Below, in pieces: positions 12,801 through 24,230 of a stretch of 64,000 nt of DNA (position 1 is its first letter; every line of letters begins with the position of its first letter). The position numbers and the translations under genes are program-made. The DNA comes from Raillietiella orientalis. Lineage: Eukaryota. Under the pieces are notes generated by a model. The model was not told the DNA's origin. It saw only the letters and a program-made list of their open reading frames with translations, and did not search any database. The DNA lies in the NCBI GenBank assembly GCA_036172245.1, contig JAYWIR010000095.1, positions 124,001-188,000 on the forward strand, given 5' to 3'.

Positions 12801-15800
12801 CCCCATCCCGTTGCCTCGGAAATGCGCGCGCACCCGCTCGCTCCCGAGAGGGGACCGGCAGCGCTGCGGTGCGGTGGGGGCCCGAGGTAAAGTACCGGCG
12901 TCGCCTCATTCCACGGTGACCTCTTCCGCCCTCGGTGAGGCCTCACGTCGTTCCCGTCATTGCACCCAGGGGGGCTTCCTGGAAGCCGATGGGAGGGGAG
13001 GGGAGGGGCGAGGGGGCGAATCTCCCAGCCTCCCTCTGGACCGTGGCAGGGGGAGCTCTTCCCCCGTCGCCTTTGCGCGCAGGCGACAGCCTGGGTCCCC
13101 TCGTCCCTTCTCTGCCACGTGCGCCGCCCCCTTCAGAGAGCGTGTCTTCAGGACGCCACCGGAGGCGACGGCGCGGGAAGTCGGAGAAGGTGCTGCCTCC
13201 CACGCCCCGTCTTTTCCCGAGCATCCCGGCGAGGGAGAGGCAGCTCGCCTCCTTCCTTCCCCGCCCTTCCGAAGGCGCTCTGCCGCCTGCTCTCTCGGGA
13301 AAGCGGACGGTGGAAGGCGGAACCGAGGGATGACCACCGCCCCTTCCCTCCCCCCCCAGGATACTATCACCGATCCGAGGCGCCCTCTCCCCTTGCCGGC
13401 GTCTCTTGTTTCTTTTTGCTGCGCACGCGTCCCTCCTCCTCCTCTTCCTTCCGCTCTTCTTCTTCGACCAGAGAAACGGTCACAACTCCGTCTCCTAGGT
13501 GACGGACGACTGTCTGTGGTGGTGGAGCGGCGACAGGAAAGCGAGGCGACCCGAGTGGAGTAACCCCGGGATTTATTTCTTCCGTGTTCGCCGCCGCGCG
13601 GCTCTTCTTCCCCGGCCCCTTTCTTTGTCGGGCCCTCCGCTCGCGTTTCCTCTTCCTCCCCCTCCTCCGATGCGCCCTCGCCGCCTTCCGAGCGTTCGTC
13701 GAAGCGAGGCGGACCACGGGACGGGGGTGGAAGGGAGTACGTAGCAGCAGCGGTGCTCAACTGCCCCCTTCCCCTTTTCTTGAGGACCGAGCGTCGCAGG
13801 CCGTGTGGTTGCGGTCTTCGCTCGCGGCACCCGAGCGTCGAGAGTTCGAGTTTCCCCCGCGAGATGACGCTGGTAGCGGCAGCGGGGATATCCAGTTTTT
13901 TTACCAGCTGCCGCAAGGTAGAAAAAAAACCCGGATATCCCACCGCTGAGTGGGACGGGATTGGCAGTCGATCCTCCGGATCCTTCCTGGAAACGGAACC
14001 AATTCCTCTTGAGGAGAAGTGGGCAGACATGAGGAGCGAGTGTGTGGATATTTTCGTTTCACCGGTGGCGTCCGTCCGCGGGCCCCAGGCAGCGCCCGAG
14101 ATCCGCTGGGAGAAAGCGCCCTTTCCTACCCTCTTCCTCCTCGCCGTCGTTTCGCTCCCCTCGTTCCTCCCCCTCCCGCCAGAGTGCGCGGCAGCAGCGC
14201 CGTTCGGTGCCGAGGCGGTGCAGCAGCTGGGAATCGCGCGAGAGGGTCCTTCCCGCCGGGAGTGTTATGCGCTGCTTTGACTCCTAGAGCAAAAATAGGG
14301 GGAACTTTCCCTCTCCTACCCTGCTTTTTCCCTCTCCTTCTTCATCTTTCGCTCCCCACCGACCAGACCGGACCTGCCCTCAAGATGGCTACCCGACCTC
14401 GGTCGGGTGCATGTGCCAAGGGAGAAGCAGAGGGAAGTTTGGCCTTCACTCCATGTGCGCATGGGACGAAGGCCACTGTCGATGACGAAGCGAAACACCC
14501 AGGACCATCAACCGGGGATGCCGGGCAGCGTGCGAAGGAGGGAGCCTCTGACAACGCGCATCGGTGTCTGCACACTCGTGCGCGTTCCCGGAAAATAGGG
14601 AGGCTCAGCTTAAGGTCTTTCTCGAGGCCTCCTCCCGCGCTCCAGCCTCGCATCCCTAGGGAACGCTCACTTCGAGTTAAGACACCGACGCGCGTTGTCA
14701 GAGGCGCCCTCCTTCGCACGCTGCCCGGCATCCCCGGCGGATGGTTGCTAGGTGAAGTGTCTAGTGGAAAGCGCCTTAGAAGGAGATAAGGAAGATCGTG
14801 ACGGCTCCCAGGTCCGGAAGCGGAAAGGCAGCAAAAGAAGGCTGGTGTGTCTCGGAGAGATATCGCAGAAGGGAGGCAGGAAGAAAGAGCGGAAGTGGAG
14901 ACTGAGTGTCGAGGCAGGTGCGCCCGGGCGCGGCCGCTGTCTTTGTGAGCGCGCCTCTTCGAGCGGCGCATCTCCGTGGAAGCGCCCTTTGTCCCTTGCA
15001 CGCCGCAGCAGGCTGCTAGCCTCGCAGTGCCGCTGTCACCAGCGTCGGGTGGCTCAAGCGGCGGTGGCGACGGCGCCTGCTGCTGCCCCCCGGGTGGGGG
15101 GCAGAAACCCCGGCCAGGCACGGCGGTGACCAAGGACGCGAGCTCGGAAGGAGCTCCGCGAGAATCGCTGCCCGGCCGGCGCTCGCTGGAACCAGCCTGG
15201 GGTCGGAGGATGCTGGTCGGGTTTCTCTTCCATCCCTCCAGAGACCGCGCTCTGTCCATCCTTTCGCCCCCTAGCCCGCCGCTCCCCCGACGAAGTCGCA
15301 CGCCGCCCCGGCCCACGGGAGAAAATTAATGAAACCCGGCCGTTTCTCTCCATGAGTCATTTTTTAAATTGGCAGCGTCTCTGACGTTTTCCATTTTGTC
15401 GCGCGGACGTTATCTTCCCGGAAGATTGATGGGAATCTCTGGACATCGGTCAATTATCACGGAACTTTGCCTTAATGGGTCTTCGGGAGGACGCTGGACT
15501 CTCGTGTGCATCGTCGTTCCCCCCCTTTTCCCTCCCTCCATCTCGGAAGCGAAAGACCGACTGGGATGCGCTTTCTTCAGCAAGCCTCAAAGATCGGTTG
15601 GTTTTCCAGCATCCCCAGCGTCGCAGCGTGGTTTTCGGTCTGCGCCCCGGAGATCCGGTTCTTTACCTGCCTCCTGCTTGGTGATGTTCGTTTCCCAGGA
15701 GCACGTTCTCTCTGCAATGATGCTGGCGCGCGATGCGCCGTCGTGGTGCTCTTCCAAAACATTCCCGGCGGAAAGGACCGTTCATCGCCGCCCGATGATC

Positions 15801-18800
15801 CATTAGCAGCTTCGGAGGAAGGAGCGCCGGGTGTCGGGGGATAACCTGGCGGCGCAGAGGGAAGATCGGCGATGTCCCCTCTGGCGATCGGCAAACAAAA
15901 CGCGTACAGAGATGTACGACGCCCCCGAGGCTGCAAAACCTTGGGACGTGACAGCTCCTCTCGGCCTGTGCTCATGGGGTTCTCTCCGCGGACCGTTGCC
16001 ACTGCCATTGCGCTTGGGCGGCGGCCGTCGTCCACCCTCGATTTGCGAGCCCTGGCAAGAAGAAGCAACGAGGCAGTAGTAGCAGGCGCGCCTCCCGACG
16101 CTGACGACCCCTGCCTCTCGCGAGATCTCGCAACCCTTTTTTTTCCCCGCGGACCTCCAGATGGTGTGCGCTGCACGTGTACGTGTCCTGCAAAACGAAA
16201 TCTGCAGACACGCCTCTCTCCCTGAGACTTCGCGGACGTCGACGACGTAGGAGGAGGAGGGGGAAAAAAAAAAGTAAAAAAAGGAGAGGGGGGGGAAGTC
16301 ATCTTCTCGGGTCTCCACCACACTGAATTCTTCGACTGTGGACCGTCACGCGTGATTCCGCTCTCGAAGGAATGCGGACGCGCTCGCGTGGCTGCAGAGG
16401 AAGCTGAGCCGTGCGAGAGCGTTTTTTTTGTTCATCGTTCGCTTCGCCTTCCCAGGCGTATCTCCGCGCGTCGTGGTCGCCAGCTGATGGGCGAAACGAG
16501 GATTATTCTCCGCGGTTGCGAGGAAGGAAGAGAATGGACCTGGCGTTAATCTGGAATCTCTTTAGGCATGCTTGAGATTTCGGAGGGGTGGGGGGTGGGG
16601 TGCGAAGAAGGGCAAAGGGGGAACGCGCGCGCGCACACACACACACACACAAATGTATGCTTGGTTGAGAAGGAATTTCCCCGTTGGGTTCCCGGAAAAA
16701 TCCTATAGAAACCTCGTTCCTGTGCAGAAAAGATTGAGGACAGATCTATAGTCTCGTTCTTCCTAAAGAATGCGCCCGCTTCTGTCACGTGATCATCATC
16801 AGCTTTCTCTCTCTCTCTCTCGAGCAGGCGCTGGAGCTGAGGAGAACGATGGGCTATCTTTTTGCGTGCCATGACCATGCGGGTGCTCCGTGGTCACCAA
16901 GGGATGCTCGGGGATCTCAGGAGAGTGAACGCGCCTTCGGAATGAACGGAATGCCCCGTCCAGGGACGGAGCCTGATCTTCGCTGGTTGCTGTGCATCGC
17001 ATGTCGTCATCCGGCTTTAAGAATTCAGGCGGCTCCAATGAGAACTGCAGCGGCCGGAACTCCCATGCGGAGTGCTCTCTTCCCAAATCTGCGGCTAGAG
17101 AGAGGTGTTCGTGGGGAAAGGATGGGCAGCGCGATTTTCTTTGTCGTGGAGTTCGCGGCCGTACTGCTTGGTGCTCTTCACGCTCTTCCTCTTGTTTCAT
17201 CTCCACACCGACCTTTCCATATGACCACCCCGAGAGTGAGTGGTGCAACCGCCACCCTCCCCCTCCCTTTCTACTAGGGCCCTGTCGGCAAGAATGCCCC
17301 TTTTATCTTAAGGGAAAAATGGTCCATGGGTACACTTGCTCGCTCTTCGAGGGAACGCCTTGCCGTCAGCAGAAGCATTACGGGAGACTGCACTCTGGCG
17401 GTTGCTAGTCCACGAAAGTATCTCCTCCTTCACGTGCAGGTCGGGGTTCAACGATTCCTGGAAGCTCACAAGTGTCCGGAAGATTTCCTCTGCTTCTTCG
17501 AGCTGCTCTGCTCGACACAGAGGAATTTGGAATGGAACGAAGGGAAGGACTCCGTTCATACTCAAAAAGACTCCGTCTCCTCTTTCATACTGCAAAATTC
17601 GTTTGTCATCGAATGACTTGTGCTGAAGAGTTCCTCATCGGAGGAAGTCAATTAGATGAATGGTGATAAACCCGTTTCTTCTTTGCCATTTCCTAGTTAA
17701 TGGACTCCAAAGAGAGAAATCAGTTCAGAAGCGGTCTTTCTCTTTGGAGTGCCTTTGGGCTCTTTCTCTTTAGGAGCTGCCGAAAACCCCACTTCTTCCC
17801 TCCCCCAATTGCTGCGACAGAACCTGCTTGGTCTCTTCCTTGAAAGCAAAAACCTAGTGGACTTACGAGAAAGCAAAAAAAAAAAAAAAACCACCACCAC
17901 CAGCATGTGTGCTAGCTGTTGGGAGTCCTCGATGTATGCCCTTGAGGCCATGTCAGTGTCAGCCTTTGACCTGCACGAGAAGTAGTGCCTTTGCGACGGC
18001 GGCACGCCGTCATCCGAAGGGGGACTGGAGAGATTCTCGAAAAGAAAAAAAACCGCTTGTGGGAATGGTCCAAGAGCAGAAGTGTGGACGGAAACATGGG
18101 AGATGGTGGCGCCGGACTTTCGAAAAACAAAAAGGGAGTCGGTAGTGATAGGGGATCCGCTCAAGTGGACCGGTGACTTGGCGACGAAGAGGCCACGTCT
18201 CGCTTTCTGACTGGAGACAGATGTCTTTCGAGCTAGAAGACGGAGGATTGGGTGTTTAATTGGAAGTTTCTCGTCGAAGAGGATGCAAGTGGCTGGCGAC
18301 CATTTTCCTTGACTCCGCTCGACGTCACCGGCACGAACGAGCGAGAGAAGGCACTGATCGCCAGCCTGCCAAGGTTTATCGCTCCGTTGCGGATTCTGCC
18401 CGTTCCCAAGCTGCTGCTGTCATAATTGGCGGTTTGCTGATGCAGTGCGAAGCGCCTGGAACGCAGCGAGATTCGATACGAAATCACCATTTTGTTTTCG
18501 CGAAACAGCGCTCCCCCTTTGAGTGATGCTTTCCAGAAAACATATTTTTATCACTCCATTGTTTTCGCCAGCATGGGTGTTTAAGTGAATTTCTCCGGGA
18601 TGTCTGCTGCCGCCTCACGCACACCGGCGGTGTGCGCGCGCGCTCTCTGTGCAGCTCTCGTGCCCTCGGTCCGGGCAGCCAAGTGATTCATCGCGCTCCG
18701 CTCGACTTGCCTCGGTCTCGGATGCGCGGCGATCGGTCAGTAGTGATGCACACTCATCGCAGGATCACGTTCTCGTCGTCGACCCTCCCCTCACCCTACC

Positions 18801-21800
18801 CCCCCGATCACCTTTTCGAAGATGGGGAGCCCCTTCTCGCTTCGCCCCTTTCGTGTTTTATCGCCTCGAATCTGATCTGGTGATCGGATGTTTGCATCTT
18901 TCGATGGCCCCTTCTTGCCTCCCCTTGCAATGTGTCCTTTGCTTCGAGATGCCGCGCTTTTTCCTCAACCTCAAGAACGGTGGACAGTCACTCGCGAGGA
19001 AAACACCGGGACTTTCATGCCCTTCCTCGAGTCTTTCCTTGCCTTCGCCTTGGCTCACCGACTTGCACTCTTCCTTTAATTGGCAAAGTGTTATTTAATG
19101 ACACTTTTGAGCTCGTGCGTGACCACATGTGCACGCGGCACAGAAGAAGGGTGTCAAGTGTGTTTGACATTTACACTCGTAAAGGCTGTGCCACGTGTTC
19201 GTACACACAAGTGAGGGACACACGTGTATTCGGGCGCACTCACCCCACCAGTGAAAGAAGGGAGTGTGTGGGTGCAGGCATGTGATGGAGGACTGACGGT
19301 TCTTTTGCTGACGCGCCACTCTCCAAGATACTGCAAGGGTCACGTGAGATTTCCTCTTCGGGTTGTTGGAGCGGTCGCAGCCACACGGACTTTCCGATGG
19401 CACCTCCAGACGTTGGCCCCACGGGAGCGTGATTCTGTCTTTCGTTTTGTGGGAAGATGAAAGAGGACGAAAGGCTTCCGGAAAGATCCTCCCAATAGTT
19501 CCTCAAGGCAGAGGGCACGCTGGAAAACAAACATAAAGAAAGTAGCCTTGTCAGGTTTTTCCCTCTTGTTTGCCCAAGCGCGGTCGTGGCAATAGGAAAA
19601 GCTGTCTCCCTCCGGAACAGCCTCGCCTTCATCAGTATTAATTTATACGCATTTTTCTGGAAGATGTTTGCAAGGTGGAGACAATTAATTGTTTCGTTTG
19701 TGCTGGGAACGATTAGGGCGTGCGCTTTAAGAGGAACATTCTCCGTCATCCGGATTTTCTGTAAAAAAAAAAAAAAAAAAAAAAAAACATGAAAATGAAC
19801 CGACTCCTGCGCTCTGTGCACTCCCTCCAAAAAAAGGATGCGTGTACGATACTTCGGCTCCTCAATCTCGTGTGTACTGCCTTCGTAGTAGTGTGGTCCG
19901 TGATGCTTGCATCCCAGCGGGAACCCTTTGCATTCGCTTAAAGCTCAGCTTCTCTGAGATGCGCGCACGTGGACGGCGGCAGCGCTCCTCTTTGATGAAT
20001 GTGTTTGGGGCTCACTGTCTGAGCATCTGTGTAGGCACCTATGGGCTTGGAGAGTTTCGGGATGAAAGTCGATCTTCCCGTGGTCCGGCGCTGCTCCTCC
20101 GCGAAAGTGGACTTTCGTATAGCGCGACGAAAAAAAAATTGCGACGAGTACTCTTACAGCGTTTCGTATAACGCATAAGGGAGAAATCGAACGTCTTGAC
20201 GTACCTTTCGACTTTCTGTTTAGAAACGCAATGTGTGTACACTCACCCGTTGTTTATGTATACGCAGGGAAGCTCATATTTACAAAAGATGTAGAGGTTT
20301 GTCAAAAAAATAAAATTTTAAGATGTAGGGGAGGAAACATTTTTATTCAATTTTTGAGTAAAACAAACTATTCACTATCGGACATATTTATTCACCATCG
20401 GAAGTATCCACAAATAAATTCCAGCGACATCGTCTCTTTCATCTTGGCTGTACAGATTCATCGCTTGAACGGTCCATAGTTTCGTCCGGATATCATTATC
20501 GTCACTGAGAAACAATCCCTTTTTCCAGATCACTTTTGGCTTGTAGATGTGGGGATGGACGATTTCACTTTTCTTTTAAATCCGATAGAGCGTTCTTTAG
20601 ATCGATAGATCCATTTTCATGGAATATGTTTCTAGCGTTTCGGTTATTTCCAACCCGTTATTTGGAGCCTCCAGACCCAAGTGTTGCTCTGGTGCAAATC
20701 TGGAATGAGCTTTCCTCATCGTTAGTAGAATCAGAACAACGTGCTGATTCTACTAACTCGGCTGCATCAATATCTTGGTTGTGGCTAATTAATTCAGTGA
20801 TGCCTGTGCTTTAAATTCGTGTTTATGTAATTCATTAGAAGAAAAGGGGTCGGCATCTTTCAAATGTTGGTGAATCTTCATTGTCAATCTTCTGTTGTGT
20901 GGCAACACTATTTAAAGGTGTACTTCTCGAGTAGCAATTCTTAATCCATGTCATGAAACACTTTTCCACCTTAGGTATTAACACGTCTTCTATACGGACA
21001 ACTGTATAAAGATGCGGCATACATTTGCGTCTCGTAATCAGCTCTCATTTTGTCGTATTGTACGAATTGCTGACTTTCTCGTAAGTTCCGATGCTTTAGC
21101 GGTGGTTGCCACTTTCGCGCCAGACTTCAACTCATCCGAAATTCCAATTTTTTTCCTCCACGGCTTCTCTCCTCAACTTCTCTGCTATTTTTTTTTCATT
21201 TTTTTTATTTCAGCATGCATGGCTAAAACAGCAAATACTTTTTATAGTTTTTAAAAATGGCACGTAATATTTTTTTTTTTTTGATTATTAAGTTACCTGT
21301 CTTCTGTTTTGTTTTTCCTGTATTAAAAGAAACTTTTATTTAAAGCAAGTTAATTAACAGTCTGTACGCAATGCAGCCGTATTCGAAACCGGCGCACATC
21401 TTCTCATTAGCAATGTGAGATCAGTAGTGGAATTTTTAAACTTGCATGAATTCATCTGACAGTGCATGCCTCGTATGACGCGGTTTCCTATAACGCGGGG
21501 AAGCGTTATACGGGAGTCTACTGTACATCCACAGGGATCCGTCGACGAAAAGTCGTGCCTTCGCCTCCTGTTTCTGTGCATCCGAGTTTCTTCTCCTGTG
21601 TTTGCTCGTCTCCTAGCAACCCGAAGCAAGAGAGTCTTGACCCCACTGGTGACGAAAGGTTCCTTGAAAGGTCGAGATATTCCTTTTTCGGTTCCACCGC
21701 TCCGTTTGCATGCACATCCCCACGAGCTTCAGGTTGCCCTCCAGCGGGTCCCGTAATTGCCCTTCTCTCTCGTTCTCTGATGGCAAAAGACTTCAGAGAA

Positions 21801-23062
21801 GTTCCTGGTACTTTTTCAACACACCGAAAGATCTTAGCTGGAGTTCCTGTGTGCGGTTCCGAAAACCGGTTTGGAAACAAATTGCTCTCATGATCTGTTG
21901 GCTTGCACTCTGGTGTGATTTCCATCTTTGCAATCTGCTCCACGGCGGGTTTCGGATGGAGATTCCAGTTTTTTCCCATTTCCCAGAAGGGAACGTTTGT
22001 TTTTGTATCTTTCTTGGGTTTCTTGACGACCTGCGTTCGGAATCGGGATGGGCGATAGTGATCGGCGCGATAATGGTGCTGGTAACCTAGGCAGTGGATT
22101 TTCACAGAAGACGCCTTGCGAGTGTTCGCTGTCAACCCATTTCTGCGCTTTATTTGGATTGCCTCACTTTAAGCTCACGCAGCTAGGGAAGGAAAAAAAA
22201 TGATTTGTTAAGCGTAGGACACGAGCACGATTCGCAACAAGGATACACGGAAAAGTGACTCCTTAAATCTTCAAGTGTTTGCCTTTCCAAATGGTTCTTT
22301 CGCCGTCCGCATCATGTTCTGCGCGCGCTGGAACACCAAAAATCGTAGCTGGGTGCAGCCCGGCTCTCCCCAGTTTCCGTTGTCATTGAAATGCAGTGAG
22401 CTATCAATATGAACCGCAGCAGCGAAATTTGAAAAAGGAAAAAGAACCTGCCTGATGGTTTTTGTTTTCCTCGTTTCGCCAGCATCCCTTTGGTGATCAA
22501 ACAATAAGGGTTGAGCTCTTGTGTCCGCATGGTCGGAAGATTTCTTACTTCAGCTTGGGTCCCTATGATTACCTAATCGTTTCATTGGACGCAAGTGTCA
22601 ACTGCGCGTTCCACTCTGTAGGTCTCCCGTGGTGAATCAATTTACTGCGAATGACACGGACACCTAAAAGTAACAAAAAAAGAAAAGAAAGAAAGGAAGG
22701 TAGGAAGAAAAGAGTTTGCTGAGAGAGATAAAATTCAAGAATTGTTCTTGGCAGTGTATCTTTGGAATTTCTGTTAACTCGGATAACGGGTTTTCTCCTC
22801 TTCACAACAGAACATTGGAAAATAAACACTTGAAAATCTGCTTCTATTCTCTCCGCGGCAACCGGCTTCATTTCTCTGTCCACGAGTCTTCGTTTATTCC
22901 TGGGGAAACGGAAAATCACCGCGTGCGCGTATGGATCCCCCCCCCCCCCCCCCAAAAAAAAAGCATACACTGTGTCTCAGAGATGCGATGTATTTACTTT
23001 TTAAAGGGCATTTAAGTGTGAATAGTGTAATGGCACAAAAAAGGACGCGCAAGCACGCACGC

Positions 23063-23134
<72 letters not shown>

Positions 23135-24192
23135 GATAGAGAGGAGGAAGGCGAGAACGACTCTCATTTTCTCATTTCCGACTCAAATGGCTCAAGTATC
23201 TTTTTTTCCAGGTATCGGCTACAGATCGCGATTGTGGTGTGAATGCCTTGATCAATTATACCATGGGCGGTGGAGCCAGTTTCCTGCGCAAAAAAAATCC
23301 TTTTCAAGTCATCCCGGACACGGGAGAAGTCTGCATTTCTGGAGATCTTGATTTCGAAACCAGAAGCATTTACGAGTTCACCGTAGTAGCCACAGATAAA
23401 GGTATTCTGTAGGAGAGCTTTTCTTGTACGCAAAGTCCGTCTGCAGGTGGACTCAGCACCACGGCTGTAGTGAAGGCGCACGTTGTGGATGTAAACGACA
23501 ACTCTCCATTATTTTATCCTCGTCACTACAACATCAGCCTTCGGCCTGGACACTCCTTAAACGCCCCGATTGTCGCTGTCATGGCTACGGACTTGGATAC
23601 CAGAGAATTCGGAAAAGTGTCGTACCACATTCTTCCAGAAAGTTCTCCTCATTTCCGCATCGATTCAATAACGGGAGAAATTTTCCTAACTGAAGCCTTG
23701 GGTCCAGATAAGATGACGTACCATCTCACTGTGGGTGCAGAAGATCTTGGCGGACGACCATCGGGGAACAACGCCGAAGTGTTTGTCAGTGTTGTAGACT
23801 CGTCGATGCAACCACCGGTGTTTGAGCATCCTCGATACGCTTTCGCGGTTTCAGAGGACGCACCACCAGGTTCTGCAGTCGGAAAGGTGTTGGCTACCAC
23901 AAGGTCAATCTCAGGTAAGCAGACGTTGTTACCGATACTTGTCGAATTCTTTGTTCAGCCTCCGCTAGCATCAACTACTCGATTTCCTCCGGTGATCCGC
24001 ATCAGTATTTTCAAATTGATTTGACGACAGGAATGATCACTACTAATTCTTATTTGGATCACGAAACGAGTGCGTTCGTGCTTCTGAACGTACAGGCCAC
24101 CTACGGACATCCACCAGTTTATGGGCACGCTCAGGTATGATATGAAAATACTCCATGGTCGGAAATTCCGTCACTCGGACTGAAGCCTGGTT

Positions 24193-24230
<38 letters not shown>

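Noticed and set aside
879..16400. Many long overlapping ORFs (up to 473 aa) on both strands
   Set aside because: Arg/Pro/Gly/Ser-rich with no domains, overlapping in all frames; expected from stop-codon scarcity in ~65% GC intronic DNA
17300..18000. Possible nested minus-strand gene (exon-like [23 protein letters not shown])
   Set aside because: Short, no homology recognised, splice path hits early stops
21518..22135. 205-aa minus-strand ORF next to the Tigger end
   Set aside because: No recognisable domain; lies essentially outside the TIR; likely chance
808..23211. Recursive (ratchet) splice site in the 22.4 kb intron
   Set aside because: No convincing polypyrimidine-AG|GTRAG junction found by eye
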